Part shown: positions 10,195 through 21,574 of the stretch, one piece after another
Layout of the letters: every line of letters starts with the position of its first letter
How positions within the stretch are numbered: position 1 is the first letter of the stretch
Assembly: GCA_023205875.1 (NCBI GenBank)
Contig: CP060756.1
Span: forward strand, 1,426,001-1,490,000
Origin: Chloropicon primus
Taxonomy: Eukaryota
Direction of reading: 5' to 3'
DNA: 64,000 nt
Notes under the pieces: generated by a model
What the model saw: the letters and a program-made list of their open reading frames with translations, nothing else
Databases searched by the model: none
What the model was told of the DNA's origin: nothing
Program-made: the position numbers and the translations under genes

Positions 10195-11973
10195 ATGAAG
10201 GTGAACACGCTGCAGATCCTGTGGCACGACAAGAAGCCGGTGTTCTCGGTGGACTTCAGCGCGGAGGGGGACCTCGCGACGTGCGGGGCGGACAAGGAGA
10301 TCCGGCTGTGGAAGGTGGTGGACAAGCCCGTGGTCCCGGCAAACAACAACAACAACAACAACAACAACAAGGGGGAGGGGCAACAGCAAGGGGGGGAGGC
10401 CCCGTCGTCGAAGGAGGAGACTGCCGCGGGGGTGGAGTACCTCTGCAGCCTGTCGCACCACCAGAAGACCGTGAACGTGGTGAGGTTCTCCCCCGACGGG
10501 AGCGCCATAGTCTCCGCGGGGGACTCGGGGGAGGTCGTGGTCTGGAGGAAGAACACCAAGGCCGAGCAGAGGCAGGAAAGGACCCCGGCCAAGGCGGAGG
10601 CGGAGGCGACTGCGGGGAAAGAGAGGGCCGACGCCGCCCTCGCCTCGCCGTCCGCCTTGGGATCCGCCGCGGAGCCCAGCTCGCCCTGGGCCCAGAGCTC
10701 GGCGCCCTGGAAGCCGTCGGGGGTGCTGCGGGGTCAGACGGACGACGTGCAGGACGTGGCGTGGTCGCCCGACAGCTCTGCCGTGGTGACGGGAAGCGTC
10801 GAGAACGTCGCGTTCTTGTGGGACGCGGGGAAGCACAAGTCCATCACGGTCCTCGACGGCCACCACCACTACATTCAGGGGGTGGCTTGGGACCCTCTGG
10901 GCGAGTTTGTGGTCACCCAGAGCGGGGACAGGAGCTGCAGGGTGTACGCCCCGAAGGCGAAGCCGAAGAGGAAGAGGAAGGACGCCCAACCGCCCAAGCC
11001 GACGACGTGCGCCGCGAGGATGCAGTCGTGCGGCGTGACCCTGCAAAGCATCTTGTCCAAGCTCCAGACGACGACCAAGGAGGAGGTCGACGGCGGCGAG
11101 GTCGGCGAGGCCCCCCCGGCGGGCACCACGGCCCCTGAAGCCCAGGGGCCGGGGGAGGCGGAGAACCCGGTGGCAAGAGACGACGACGACGGGGAGGCTC
11201 AGCAACAGAAGAAGCAGAGGGTGGACCAGCACCAGTCTCACTTTCTGTTCCACGACGAGACGATGCCATCGTTCTTCCGCCGGCTCTCTTTCTCCCCCGA
11301 CGGGTCCTTCTTGGCGTGCCCCGCTGGGCTATACAAAAAGGCGGTCTCCAACAACAAGCCGGGGAACTGCGTCCACATCTTCAAGAGGGGACAGTGGTCC
11401 AAGCCCATGGCGACGCTCCCTGCCCTGAGCAAGGCCGTCGTGGCCGTGAAGTTCTGCCCGGTCGTCTTCGAGAAGACGGAAGCCCAGCAGGAGCAGCAGC
11501 AAGGGAAGGGGAAGTGGGACTTCGACCTTCCCCACAAGATCTACTTTGCGGTGCTCACTCTGGACAGCGTCATCATTTACGAGACGGATTCCATGAAGCC
11601 CACCGCCCTCATCTCCGGCTTGCATTGCGCGTCGCTCACCGACCTTGCCTGGTCACCGGACGGACGCAGGATTGCCGTCTCCTCGCACGATGGTTACTGC
11701 AGCCTCATCTCCTTCTCGGAAGGGGAGCTCGGCAAAGCACTTCTTCCTGCCAAGGTCTCGATGATGGTGCCACAGGCGCAGCAAGCAAAGGAAGAGGCCA
11801 GCAGCTTGGATCCACCCGCAACGCCGGCGCCAGCGTACACCAAGGGAGCTGGTCCACTCGAGAGTCAGAACCAGACGCCTCAGCCGACAGCCCAGGCTCA
11901 AGCAGTCGAGCTCGTGAGGAATCCAACCACGAACGCGACCGTGAAGCGGATAGCACCCATGCAGATCAGGTAG
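10195..11973 (+). CDS. FAS2: Chromatin assembly factor 1 subunit B (p60/CAC2), WD40
   Basis: MKVNTLQILWHDKKPVFSVDF start, HYIQGVAWDP, LFHDETMPSFFRRLSFSPDG, C-terminal KRIAP B-domain-like motif. Confidence 0.92.
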   Translation: MKVNTLQILWHDKKPVFSVDFSAEGDLATCGADKEIRLWKVVDKPVVPANNNNNNNNNKGEGQQQGGEAPSSKEETAAGVEYLCSLSHHQKTVNVVRFSPDGSAIVSAGDSGEVVVWRKNTKAEQRQERTPAKAEAEATAGKERADAALASPSALGSAAEPSSPWAQSSAPWKPSGVLRGQTDDVQDVAWSPDSSAVVTGSVENVAFLWDAGKHKSITVLDGHHHYIQGVAWDPLGEFVVTQSGDRSCRVYAPKAKPKRKRKDAQPPKPTTCAARMQSCGVTLQSILSKLQTTTKEEVDGGEVGEAPPAGTTAPEAQGPGEAENPVARDDDDGEAQQQKKQRVDQHQSHFLFHDETMPSFFRRLSFSPDGSFLACPAGLYKKAVSNNKPGNCVHIFKRGQWSKPMATLPALSKAVVAVKFCPVVFEKTEAQQEQQQGKGKWDFDLPHKIYFAVLTLDSVIIYETDSMKPTALISGLHCASLTDLAWSPDGRRIAVSSHDGYCSLISFSEGELGKALLPAKVSMMVPQAQQAKEEASSLDPPATPAPAYTKGAGPLESQNQTPQPTAQAQAVELVRNPTTNATVKRIAPMQIR

Positions 11974-12095
11974 GGGGTTAGGTCCGGGAGAAAAGGCGAG
12001 GGCTTTGTATAATTGAATAACGGATTAAGAGAATGCAAGAGCTCTGCTTCGTTGAAGGGAACGGTACTGTTTTCGTGTTTCAGTCTTCATTGCAT

Positions 12096-13197
12096 TTACT
12101 TTGCGAGTTGCAAGGTCGGATGCAGCTTCGTGATGCTGACGTGACCGTCCCTCACTGCCGCCACATCCCCCCCCTCCTTTGCAGTCTTTGAATCGAAAAC
12201 CCTCTCCCCCGTGGGCGACCACTCCATCTCCATTGCGGCCTCGTCCACAACCTTGAACAAGGACGTGTATCCAACGCCCTGCTCGACACTGGTCTGGAGC
12301 CACTCCATTCCCAGCTTCCCCTCCTTCTGCCTGTCCCTCGCCGAGCTCGTGGCCCACAGGGGGACGTTCACGTTGTAAAACACTGATCCTGGATCCTCCC
12401 CCTCCTTGAAGCCTTGATTCCAAAGGAACTCGGTCACCTCCAAGGCAACGTCAACCGCGGACTCAAGGTCATCGTCCGTCCAAGAGTCGTACCCCTGTTC
12501 CCCAAGCGGCAGCGCGCGCGAGCGGAAACCAAAACCGAGTCAGTGGCGGGAAACGAACACGATCGCACGAAGTGGTGCTTACCTTAAATGGGAAAGAGAC
12601 GGCAACGGCCTTCCTCCCATGAATGCACGCCTCTAGCGCGGCCCCGACTGTTCCTGAAGACAGGATGGAGCTCCTGCCCAGGTTGTGGCCCACGTTGGGT
12701 CCCGATACAACAAAGTCCACATCTTTGGCAAGCTCGTACAAGCCGAGGTTAACGCACGACGCCGGCGATATCGGAACGCGTGCCTCATCCTTGCGCAGGT
12801 CCACAGCGAAGTTGGATTGTGGGGGCTTGAGGCTCTTCGAAACGTAGCTCCAGTTCGAATCGGGAAGGCACACGAAAGTAGGCCAGTTCAGCTTCCGTCT
12901 CATCCCCTCGGCGAACCTCGCGAAGAAGGGCGAGGCGGGTCCATCGTCATTGGTGAGAAGGACCCTCCTCGGCGGATTCGCCTGCCCCGCCCCCTGATCC
13001 GCCCCCTGATCTGCCCTTGCGTCCCTCTCGCTCCATCCCGAGGTCGCCATGCCCCTCAGACTCCCTCGGCCTGCCCTGTGCCTGCGCCCCGTCGGTCGTG
13101 GTGTTTGTTGCGTGTTCGCCCGCGTCGACCCCGGAAGCAATGCGTTGTACGTCCTCGCCCTCTTCGCACCTCGTATTGTGGTCCTCAAGCTTGTCAT
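12096..13197 (-). CDS. surE: SurE-family 5'-nucleotidase/phosphatase, 2 exons: 13197-12583, 12494-12096 (start uncertain)
   Basis: VLLTNDDG, SPASCV, FVVSGPNVGHNLG, SSGTVGAALE, YNVNVP, DVAAVRDGHVSITKL; GTAAG...CAG intron in frame. Confidence 0.85.
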
Positions 13198-13393
13198 GAC
13201 ACCATCCTGGGTGGCGCGCCTTCAATCCTATCCGGTTGGACGCGGAGGAGGACCGGCCAAGGAAAGGAGGTCACATCATGGGATGGAGGGAGGGCAATGG
13301 GGGGCAAGGAGTCTGGGATATACGCAAACGATGTCACACGTAGGGAGTTACATTATACATACAAGGTCTTCTGCGGTCTTGGCGAGCTGATGA

Positions 13394-14482
13394 TCAGAAC
13401 AAGGAGGAGGCCAGGGACCTCAGCACGATGGAGATCACGGGGAGGAAGTACGGGCACATGAGGAGCAACCTGTGGAGATCTGGGATAGTGGTTGTCCCCG
13501 TGCCAACCAGGCTCGGGTGGAAGAGAGACCTCGAAGTGTCCAAGTACGCCGAGCTGATCTTGTCCGCGCCGCCCTTGAAGAGGTTGGACGTCTTCAGACT
13601 CGGCTTGAGCAGCTCCAAAGCCTCCCGCTGAATCGGAGCAAAGAAATGCCCCGAAGCGTACTCCTCCAGAGATTTCAAGTTGCTCGCGATGCCCCTAAGG
13701 AGCACGAGGCGCTGAAGGTAGTCGAAATCCTTCTTGAGGACGTACAGTGGCACGTCCCGCTTCCCCCCGTACAGCACCATTCTCAAATGCTTTGAGAAGA
13801 GGCCCAAGCACTCCTCCTTCGCCTTCGCTTCGACCCCGCGGCCCCCCGCGCGCGGAGGGGGGGGGGCACAGACCCCACCGAAGCCTTCTACGTTCAAGAA
13901 AGTGGTGTTGGGCTCGGCCGATCCCCCTGGACCGTCCGCCAAGCGAGCCACGTAGTGCACCACCTTGGCCCTCGCGCTGAGCTCCAGGGAGAGGTCCTCC
14001 GCTTGTTCCAAGTCTCGTCGAGTCGCCCCGTCCCTCCAAATGAAGGACGAGCCACCCGCCCCGCTGCCCGGGCCATCGGCGTCCCCTCCCCCGCACGAGA
14101 TCGTTTGCCCCGTGAACTCGTGCCTCACGCTCCCAGGAAAGTTCTGTCCCAGCTCCCTCTCCGTCTCCTCGAAGCTCCAACCCGGTGGTTCCCCCTTGCC
14201 GCCTCCCCCCCTCGCGCGCCCGTCGCACACCGTGAACACGACGTGAACCCCTTCCACGAAGTCCCTCTGCCTCTCCGCTTGCCTTCCTTCCTCCTCCGTC
14301 AACGCCCTCCACTCAAAGTACGTCATCTGTTGTATCTCCTTCCTCGCTGCAGCCATCCTTTCTATCGGCATCCTGTTCCACTCCTCCGGCAACGTCGTGT
14401 AGAACAGCCCGATTGCTCCCACCACCACCACCACCCCGTACACCCCCATCACCTTCCTCACCCTCCCCTTCCCCTCCTCCAT
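13394..14482 (-). CDS. Divergent GPI transamidase subunit PIG-S/GPI17-like membrane protein
   Basis: N-terminal TM followed by YTTLPEEWNRMP, and C-terminal SLFHPSL...DLHRLLLMCPYFLPVI TM resembling the PIG-S ends. Confidence 0.55.
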   Translation of the reverse strand: MEEGKGRVRKVMGVYGVVVVVGAIGLFYTTLPEEWNRMPIERMAAARKEIQQMTYFEWRALTEEEGRQAERQRDFVEGVHVVFTVCDGRARGGGGKGEPPGWSFEETERELGQNFPGSVRHEFTGQTISCGGGDADGPGSGAGGSSFIWRDGATRRDLEQAEDLSLELSARAKVVHYVARLADGPGGSAEPNTTFLNVEGFGGVCAPPPPRAGGRGVEAKAKEECLGLFSKHLRMVLYGGKRDVPLYVLKKDFDYLQRLVLLRGIASNLKSLEEYASGHFFAPIQREALELLKPSLKTSNLFKGGADKISSAYLDTSRSLFHPSLVGTGTTTIPDLHRLLLMCPYFLPVISIVLRSLASSLF

Positions 14483-14736
14483 CCTGTCGCTCCCCTCAGC
14501 TCAGCTCCCCCCCCCCCAAGCGCAGCGAAGGCGCCATCCCTCCATTGCGAAGAAGGCCAAGGGCGGCGAAGGTGTCGTGTGTCGTGTGCTTGAGAAAGAG
14601 GCGGAGCTCCAAGGCGAAGGAAACGACGGACGGGGGAGAAGGGAGCGCGCGGGGTGTGTGTGTGGTGGTGGTTGGGATCGTGTTCTTTTTTGTGTGTGTG
14701 TGAAAAGGAGAGAGAGAGAGAGAGGGAGAGAGAGAG

Positions 14737-15405
14737 ATGTCTGACTTTGGGAGCAAGCCGGGGTCTGGGGGAGTGGCGAGCGGGAGCCAGACCAATGTGA
14801 GCAGGAGGGAGAGGCTGAGGAGGTTGGCTTTGGAGACCATCGACTTGAGTAAGGACCCGTATTTTATGAGGAACCACGTGGGGAGCTACGAGTGCAGGTT
14901 GTGTCTGACGGTCCATAGCAACGAGGGGAACTACCTGGCGCACACGCAAGGGAAGAAGCACCAGCAGAACTTGGCCAGGCGAGCGGCGAGGGAGGCCGCG
15001 GACAACCCCCAGGCCGTGGACGGGAAGCACACGAAGAAGAAGATCCTGCCCAGGAAGAACCTCGTGAAGATCGGACGGCCGGGGTACAGGGTCACGAAGC
15101 AGTACTGCAAGGAGACCAAGCACCGCAGCCTCCTGTTTCAGGTCGATTACCCTGAGATCGAGGAGGGCATAAGGCCGAGGCACAGGTTCATGTCGAGCTA
15201 CGAGCAGAAAGTGGAGCCGTGGGACAAGAAGTACCAGTACTTGGTGTGCGCGGCCGAGCCTTACGAGACCATCGCTTTCAAGGTCCCGAACATGGAGCTG
15301 GAGAGTAGCACGACGACGGCCGGGGAGGAGAAGAAGCCCTTCTTTCACTGGGAGCCAGACAAGAAGGTGTACGTGATGCAGGTCCACTTCAAGCCCTCTG
15401 GTTAA
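14737..15405 (+). CDS. SF3A2: Splicing factor 3A subunit 2 (SF3a66/Prp11)
   Basis: RRERLRRLALETIDLSKDPYFMRNHVGSYECRLCLTVHSNEGNYLAHTQGKKHQQNL U1-type zinc finger; KIGRPGYRVTKQ. Confidence 0.96.
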   Translation: MSDFGSKPGSGGVASGSQTNVSRRERLRRLALETIDLSKDPYFMRNHVGSYECRLCLTVHSNEGNYLAHTQGKKHQQNLARRAAREAADNPQAVDGKHTKKKILPRKNLVKIGRPGYRVTKQYCKETKHRSLLFQVDYPEIEEGIRPRHRFMSSYEQKVEPWDKKYQYLVCAAEPYETIAFKVPNMELESSTTTAGEEKKPFFHWEPDKKVYVMQVHFKPSG

Positions 15406-15558
15406 CACGGGCAAGCTGTGGCTTTTTGGTGGGGAAGGTTGTTGCGGGCGGTGGGCGGTCAGGGGACTACTACTGGGGCCACCGCAATCCTTCCTCATAG
15501 GAGTTTCTGCTAGAATTTTGGCTACCGCATAACGTACCACGGTGGTGGGATAACTGTA

Positions 15559-18500
15559 TTACAATGCTGTATTGATGAACTTCAAGATGCGCTCCGAGAA
15601 GATCTTGCTTGTGATGTGCAGGATTTGAGGCGTGGAGTTCTCGCACTTGATGAGGTCACTCAGCTTGGTGAAAAGGGGGATGATGTTCCTCTTGAAGAGG
15701 GATTCTGGCAAGTCGAGCACAGCCTTCAGAGAGTGCTCAAGGATTTCCCTTCTGTACGAGCACTCGTCGTTCCCAAACTTGCCAGACGTCTCGAGAAAAG
15801 TCTTGAGTTCACCGAGACTCAGCTCAAGCAAGACGTCTGCTACATCATTCATCACCTTGTCGCCCAAGGCATCCCCAGTCTCGACAATGTCCATGAGCAC
15901 GCTCAAGCAGATGTGGAAGGACTGCTTTTCCACCTCCAGGAGGGGAGGATCCGGCAGGCCGCTGCTCGACTGCAAGTCCCCATTCGCCTGCATAAGCGCC
16001 ATGAGGCGGGCCCGCTGCTCGATGTCCAAATTGACCGCTTTCGACTTCTTCGCCACTCCCTTGAGCAACTCGAGGAGGACCAGCTTGGATTTGCTTTCCA
16101 GCTTCGTCTTAAAGGCGGAATAAAACTGTCCGATGCACTTCGCCAGGAGTATCTGCACAGAAATTTTGCACTTCACCGCAGCAAGCTTCCTGGCACCAGG
16201 ACCCTCGATGAGGCTCTTAGCTCTCCTCCTCGCCCCTTGCACGTTGCCGTTCGCCTCTGAGACGGGTTCGTCCTCAAGGCTGGAAAGCAAGGGCTGCAAC
16301 GAAGGTCTAGTCTCAGAGAGCGCATTCCTCAGACCTTCGAAAACATAGTCCAGTTCCTTCTCTGCCACTTGGTCTCCTATCGCCAGCAGCAACCTCGTAA
16401 AGGCCTCGACACCCATGGCGGCCAAGTTTTCATGATTCCTCTTCACAAAGCCGCAAACGAAATCTACGAGCTGCGGAAGCAAGGGTGTGAGCTCGGCATA
16501 GAATTTCGTGAAGAGATCGATCACGTGCTGCAAGCAGTTTGTACACGTCTCATACAGCCAGGCATCGACCTTGGATCTGTCAGAGTCACTGACAAACGTG
16601 GTGATCTCCGTGACCTCCATGCGGACTTGGTCAAAGATAGGGAAGAGGATGCTGTTGAAAATACGCACCCAGAAATCAATCGTGAAGGTGCTTCCATGGT
16701 AATCAAGGATGTCGAAAAGGACTTCAAGAGACGTGTGTCTGATCTCTTGCCTGGTGTCAAAAGTCAATTCAGACAAACCTGCAAGGAGTGGAAACCAAAA
16801 GTACAAGTGAACATCCTTGTCGGTGAACAGAATTGTTCGCTGGGACAAAGTCTTGTTCAAAGCTTGGGAATCCTCCTCCTCCTCCTGGGAGGCCTGCTTA
16901 TGCTCTTCGGGAGATTTGCCCAATTCTTCTGGTGGAGCTTCCAGCTCTCCCAGCTCCCCCTCTGCCAGCTTCAAGGCACAAAACCTCAGGAAAGCAATCG
17001 CATTCAGAGAGACATCGCTTAGCGAAGAATTCGCAAAAGCGATAAGGCAGTTGACGCAATCAGTGAAGGTAGCCGTTTCTGTTTCAGTGACATGGGAAAA
17101 GTATTCGCGTACGATCTTTTCAATGGTAGAGAACGCCAAGGCAACCAGCTGCCTGTTCTCATCCGAAGCCGCCGCAGTGAAGACCATGAACATGGACTTC
17201 CACCCTGACTTGACATTCGAAACTCTTGCAAGAATGAATTGGGACACGCATCTGATGATCAACTCCCTGATTTCGACAGCCTTGCTTTGTCTCATGACCA
17301 AAACGAATGGCTTCAAAAACTCATTCTGGAACGTGTAGTTCGCAAGCTCGTCCCTCTCCAAGAACTTCATTGCCAGCTGCCTGAGAGCATCAATGGCATA
17401 CATGGCCACGTTCAGAGTGGGGTGACAGCCCACAAATATGAAGAAGTCGGCCAATATGGCCCAAATTCTCGACCAAACAATGCGAACTCTGTTCATGTTG
17501 TAATGAGCGACTTCAACTATTTTTGTCAGACTGTAGACCCTCGGGGACACCTTGCTCTCCAACTCCTGCGAAGACACCTCGCAGAGAGCCTTGACAAAGT
17601 GAACGACAGCAGTGCTACTGAGGTTGCTGCTTGATTCGAACACTAGCACAATATTGGCAGTGGTACTCGGACCGAATGTATCAATGATGGATGCACTCAC
17701 TTGAGCTGGTGACATCGGCACCTTCTTCTTGAATCTCTCTTTCTTCGGAGTCATAGTAGGGGTCATGGGCATGCCAAGCATGTCGTCTGTGGCAGTCTTT
17801 CCTTGCTGCTCACAGACCCTCTCATACTGACTGATGCTGGTCAGCACAGTCTTCCACCCCGTGTTCAAGTGATTTCCTGCGTCAAGAGCAACATTCAGAA
17901 GTGTTTTGAATGCTTCGCCTCTCTTCGCATGCATGTTCATGACAGGCATGTGTAGGTGTGTTGCCTTTGCCAAGGAAGTCAAAAAGGCATCCCGCACGGT
18001 CTCCATCTCCAATGGAGCCGCAACTTTGATGACAAAGTAGAGGGCGTCCATGCACAAGGAGGTGATCGATTCATCATCGCTCTCCTCAAATGCGACACTG
18101 ACTGCACCGAGAAGCGGAGCCCAGGCAACTTCCAGCATGGGTCTAATGTCCTCGCTTCCAGCGGCCGTCAGCCACTTCGTAGCCGTGCCTTTCTCTTTCA
18201 TCTCCTCGTGGGTTTGGCGGATCTGCTCCTCGTTTGGCTCTAGTTTCTTCGTTTGGCTTCCTCCAAAGACATTCAAGATGGCATCCAAGCCAGGGAGGCC
18301 GGACCTTGATTTGGTTTCTACCTCCACGCTCACGTCATCACCGTCATCCCCCTTGAGCTTGAACTCGTTGGTCACCACGTTTTGATAAATTTCTGTCAAG
18401 AACTCCTCTGGGAGGTCCTTCTCCTCGTTGATTCCCCTGTTGTTCTTCTTGAACTCCTCGAGCGTCATTTTCTGCTTCACTTGATCATTGTGGGCATCAG

Positions 18501-20970
18501 TCTGGAGCATGATCACAGAGTAAGCAAAAACGTAGGCTGCGTCCGTGTTAGCAAACGCCGTGTTTGGGTTGCATATGCAAAACCTTTCTGCGTACTTGAG
18601 CATAAATCTATCGATTTTTTGTGCTTCGCCTGGAAGCCTAAAGCCAGAGAGGAAATGTCTCAAACCCTCATCGAACTTCATGTCTGTGAAGTCCAACATC
18701 TCTACGTAGGAGTACATGACGTCCAAGTTGAACTGATCGGCGTCGCCCAAGAATTCACCAATGCTGCTCTTGTCAAGCCCTTGGGCGGCCATCAAAAAGT
18801 CTGCAACATCTTTGGGCGACTTGCCCAGTGCTCCTAACTTTTGGAGATATTCAAGGCCCTTCTTCGGCTTCTTCTTGAACAGCTTGAGACCTTTCTGGTA
18901 ATTCATCTTGTACGCTTTCTTCTGCTCCAGCTGATCCATCTCGCGTTGACTTTCGCCGTCCTCGTCGAGCTTATCCTCGTCCACTGGGTCAGCGTCATTC
19001 ACGGAATCATCGGCTTCATTGCTGTTCTCGGAATCATTTGATGAGCGAGGAGCATCTGCGTCCTCTGTCGCGAGGGACTTCACAATCCCCACCAAGCACT
19101 GGAGCGAGAAGAACTTCAAGTTAAACTCCATTGTTGAGGTGAAGCCCGAGCCGTCCATTGGAATTCCGCCTTGCACCATCCGCACCAGGCCGGCAATAAG
19201 CCTTTCGTAAACGTTAGACTCGTTGAGGTCGCAATCATAATTCACAAAAATGTCAGACAAGATTTGCTTGTCACAGCACATGGAGTACAAACACCTGAAC
19301 AGCACGACCCACTGGGAGTAAAGATCGTAGCTGGATATGAGGCCCTTCCCTGTTTGGAACTGCTGGGACTCCAGCGGTTTCAAGAATATCATCGGGAAGA
19401 ACACACTGAACTGTGACTTCAACGATGACCTGCACTTCTCTACCAAGGTTTGGAAGATGGACGCCGACAGCTGGAACGTTGGGGAAATAATAGATGCAGC
19501 ATTTTTCAGCAGGCTCAGGCAAAGGTACTGCTTCACGGCCTCGACGAACCTCTCGTGCGTTTGGAAGATCTTGCCCGAATTCTGCAAGAGGACCTTTATC
19601 AACTCCAATGAGAGAACTTTCCCTCGGATTGCAAGTTGGTCGCTGGCGCTGGCCTCGCTCGTCTTCATGCTCAGCTTGCACAGAGCGCGGAAGACCAAGA
19701 AGACGTCCTTTCGAATAACAAGCACGTCCTTTGGAAGCTGCCCCTCTCCATCCATAGCAAAGGTGCCGATAGATCGGTTGTTCGTGGACTGAATCTCCGC
19801 TTCTGCGTCTGCTTCAGCGGCGAGCGCCTCGTCTTCCACATCCTCGAGCCCGTGAATTCCCCCTGCAAGCCCACCTTTAGGCAAGTCCTCAAAGACAAGG
19901 TTCAGAAGCTCCTGCACAGCTTTTTCAGGGTCAGACCCCTTGTTCTGCGCTGCTGGGTTAGACGCAACAATGTCTGAGACAATGATGCGTGTGATTTCCT
20001 CCCCTGGGAGCTCCATCTTCCCCATGACCGCCATAAGCATTTGGATCAAAGCACCTTTCGCGAACAATTGGATCGTCTCGCTTTTCGATCCAAGGAAGAT
20101 ATGGTAGCACGTCTTCACAATGAGCATAAGTGCCTCCCCGTGTATTCCTATGGTCTGCGCTAAGATCATGGAGAGCAAGACTTTCAAGATCTTCTTCTCC
20201 ATGTTTTCATCTCCGTATTCGTGTGCAGCCGCAGTCGCTTCCAGCAGTTGCCCCGCGGGGTTCGATCCTTGCCTGCCCTCACTCTTGCCCTCCAGAGTGG
20301 TCACATGCCCCCCAATGAAACCCTTGGTCACCAGCATGTACGCGACATCAAGCATAGAGTCCACCACTTTCGTCTGCCTCACTTTCATCGCATTCGCGAC
20401 CACGGCGATTGCATTCCGGAACTCAGTGAATGACGCCACAGCATGCGGGATGCCCCCCTTCCTTCCCTTGTCGCCGTCGTCATCGCCTTGAGCAACCTCT
20501 GCGTCGCTTTTTCTTCCTTCTTCCTCAGCCTTGGAGACTGTGGCTGGCTCCTCGGCCGCACCGCTTCCTTGCTGTTTGACCTCAAGGCCAGCCTTCACTT
20601 CCCCGTCGTCTTGGGCCTCTAGCGTGAGAGACACCCCAACTTCCTCCTCCTCCTCCTTTCGCTCGCTCTCCTCCTCCTTCTTCTCCTCCTCCTCCACCGT
20701 GCTCGTGGTCGCAGCATCGCCTCCCTCAGTCCCATTCTGATTCGGGGCCTCGCTCGAGGGCGTCGCAGCCCCGGCAGTCTCCTTGTCCCGTCCCTCCACC
20801 AGGGGGAGGAGCCGCACCTCTTCGTCCACGTTCGCGGGTGAGTACGCCTTGAGCGCTGCGAGAGCCTCCTTGGCTGATTTGATCAGGTCGCTCTGCCGGC
20901 GCGAGCTCCCCTTGATAACGATGGCCAAGGCCGTCTCAAGGATCTCCTTCAACTGGCCCGCTGTCGTCAT
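15559..20970 (-). CDS. BIG: Brefeldin A-inhibited ARF guanine nucleotide exchange factor (BIG family, Sec7 domain)
   Basis: DCB/HUS (FVNYDCD), Sec7 FRLPGEAQKIDR, YSVIMLQTDAHN, HDS region with NMNRVRIVWSRIW; probable start ATG at 20970. Confidence 0.93.
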   Translation of the reverse strand: MTTAGQLKEILETALAIVIKGSSRRQSDLIKSAKEALAALKAYSPANVDEEVRLLPLVEGRDKETAGAATPSSEAPNQNGTEGGDAATTSTVEEEEKKEEESERKEEEEEVGVSLTLEAQDDGEVKAGLEVKQQGSGAAEEPATVSKAEEEGRKSDAEVAQGDDDGDKGRKGGIPHAVASFTEFRNAIAVVANAMKVRQTKVVDSMLDVAYMLVTKGFIGGHVTTLEGKSEGRQGSNPAGQLLEATAAAHEYGDENMEKKILKVLLSMILAQTIGIHGEALMLIVKTCYHIFLGSKSETIQLFAKGALIQMLMAVMGKMELPGEEITRIIVSDIVASNPAAQNKGSDPEKAVQELLNLVFEDLPKGGLAGGIHGLEDVEDEALAAEADAEAEIQSTNNRSIGTFAMDGEGQLPKDVLVIRKDVFLVFRALCKLSMKTSEASASDQLAIRGKVLSLELIKVLLQNSGKIFQTHERFVEAVKQYLCLSLLKNAASIISPTFQLSASIFQTLVEKCRSSLKSQFSVFFPMIFLKPLESQQFQTGKGLISSYDLYSQWVVLFRCLYSMCCDKQILSDIFVNYDCDLNESNVYERLIAGLVRMVQGGIPMDGSGFTSTMEFNLKFFSLQCLVGIVKSLATEDADAPRSSNDSENSNEADDSVNDADPVDEDKLDEDGESQREMDQLEQKKAYKMNYQKGLKLFKKKPKKGLEYLQKLGALGKSPKDVADFLMAAQGLDKSSIGEFLGDADQFNLDVMYSYVEMLDFTDMKFDEGLRHFLSGFRLPGEAQKIDRFMLKYAERFCICNPNTAFANTDAAYVFAYSVIMLQTDAHNDQVKQKMTLEEFKKNNRGINEEKDLPEEFLTEIYQNVVTNEFKLKGDDGDDVSVEVETKSRSGLPGLDAILNVFGGSQTKKLEPNEEQIRQTHEEMKEKGTATKWLTAAGSEDIRPMLEVAWAPLLGAVSVAFEESDDESITSLCMDALYFVIKVAAPLEMETVRDAFLTSLAKATHLHMPVMNMHAKRGEAFKTLLNVALDAGNHLNTGWKTVLTSISQYERVCEQQGKTATDDMLGMPMTPTMTPKKERFKKKVPMSPAQVSASIIDTFGPSTTANIVLVFESSSNLSSTAVVHFVKALCEVSSQELESKVSPRVYSLTKIVEVAHYNMNRVRIVWSRIWAILADFFIFVGCHPTLNVAMYAIDALRQLAMKFLERDELANYTFQNEFLKPFVLVMRQSKAVEIRELIIRCVSQFILARVSNVKSGWKSMFMVFTAAASDENRQLVALAFSTIEKIVREYFSHVTETETATFTDCVNCLIAFANSSLSDVSLNAIAFLRFCALKLAEGELGELEAPPEELGKSPEEHKQASQEEEEDSQALNKTLSQRTILFTDKDVHLYFWFPLLAGLSELTFDTRQEIRHTSLEVLFDILDYHGSTFTIDFWVRIFNSILFPIFDQVRMEVTEITTFVSDSDRSKVDAWLYETCTNCLQHVIDLFTKFYAELTPLLPQLVDFVCGFVKRNHENLAAMGVEAFTRLLLAIGDQVAEKELDYVFEGLRNALSETRPSLQPLLSSLEDEPVSEANGNVQGARRRAKSLIEGPGARKLAAVKCKISVQILLAKCIGQFYSAFKTKLESKSKLVLLELLKGVAKKSKAVNLDIEQRARLMALMQANGDLQSSSGLPDPPLLEVEKQSFHICLSVLMDIVETGDALGDKVMNDVADVLLELSLGELKTFLETSGKFGNDECSYRREILEHSLKAVLDLPESLFKRNIIPLFTKLSDLIKCENSTPQILHITSKIFSERILKFINTAL

Positions 20971-21574
20971 GACGCGCGATGCCGCACAGGCCCTCCCTTC
21001 TCCTCGTCCCCTCGGGTTCGTCCCCTCTCGCACGCACTGCAAATGCAAAACCTGACTGCTTGCAGGTCTTTCACCCCGCTACTTGTTCCTCGTTCTCCCC
21101 CCTCGGTTGTGTATGGCGTGGAACTTGCCGACCAAGTCCTTGCTAGGTATGCTGGCGAGCTCGGTGATCACTCGCAAGGCTGCCTCGTGGTCGCGTGCAC
21201 AAGCGAGCCCGTCCCCCGCGTTCGTTGTTCCCTCGGCCGGAGGAAGGAGGTGAAAACTCAAGCGTAAGTTTCGGCACACTTTGTTCCTCAAAGTCTCGTT
21301 TCCAATGCCTTTCGCCGCCCTCAACAGAGCACGAAAGGAGTTCCGCCACCCGCCTATCGTCGCCCGCCCGCCCGCTCCCCCCCAAAGGGCTCGTCACCTT
21401 CCTCTCTCCGCTCGGCTCTCCGCTCCGCTCGGGTCGCCGCCCAATATCTCGAGGGACGAGTCATGGCATGGCATGGGGGCAAGGGGGAGACGGGGGGAGG
21501 GGGGCTGTAGTTGTTCTAGGACTTGTGGTCAGATTAAGAAGTAGAGTGGTTACACCTTCTAACAGTAAAGTCTT

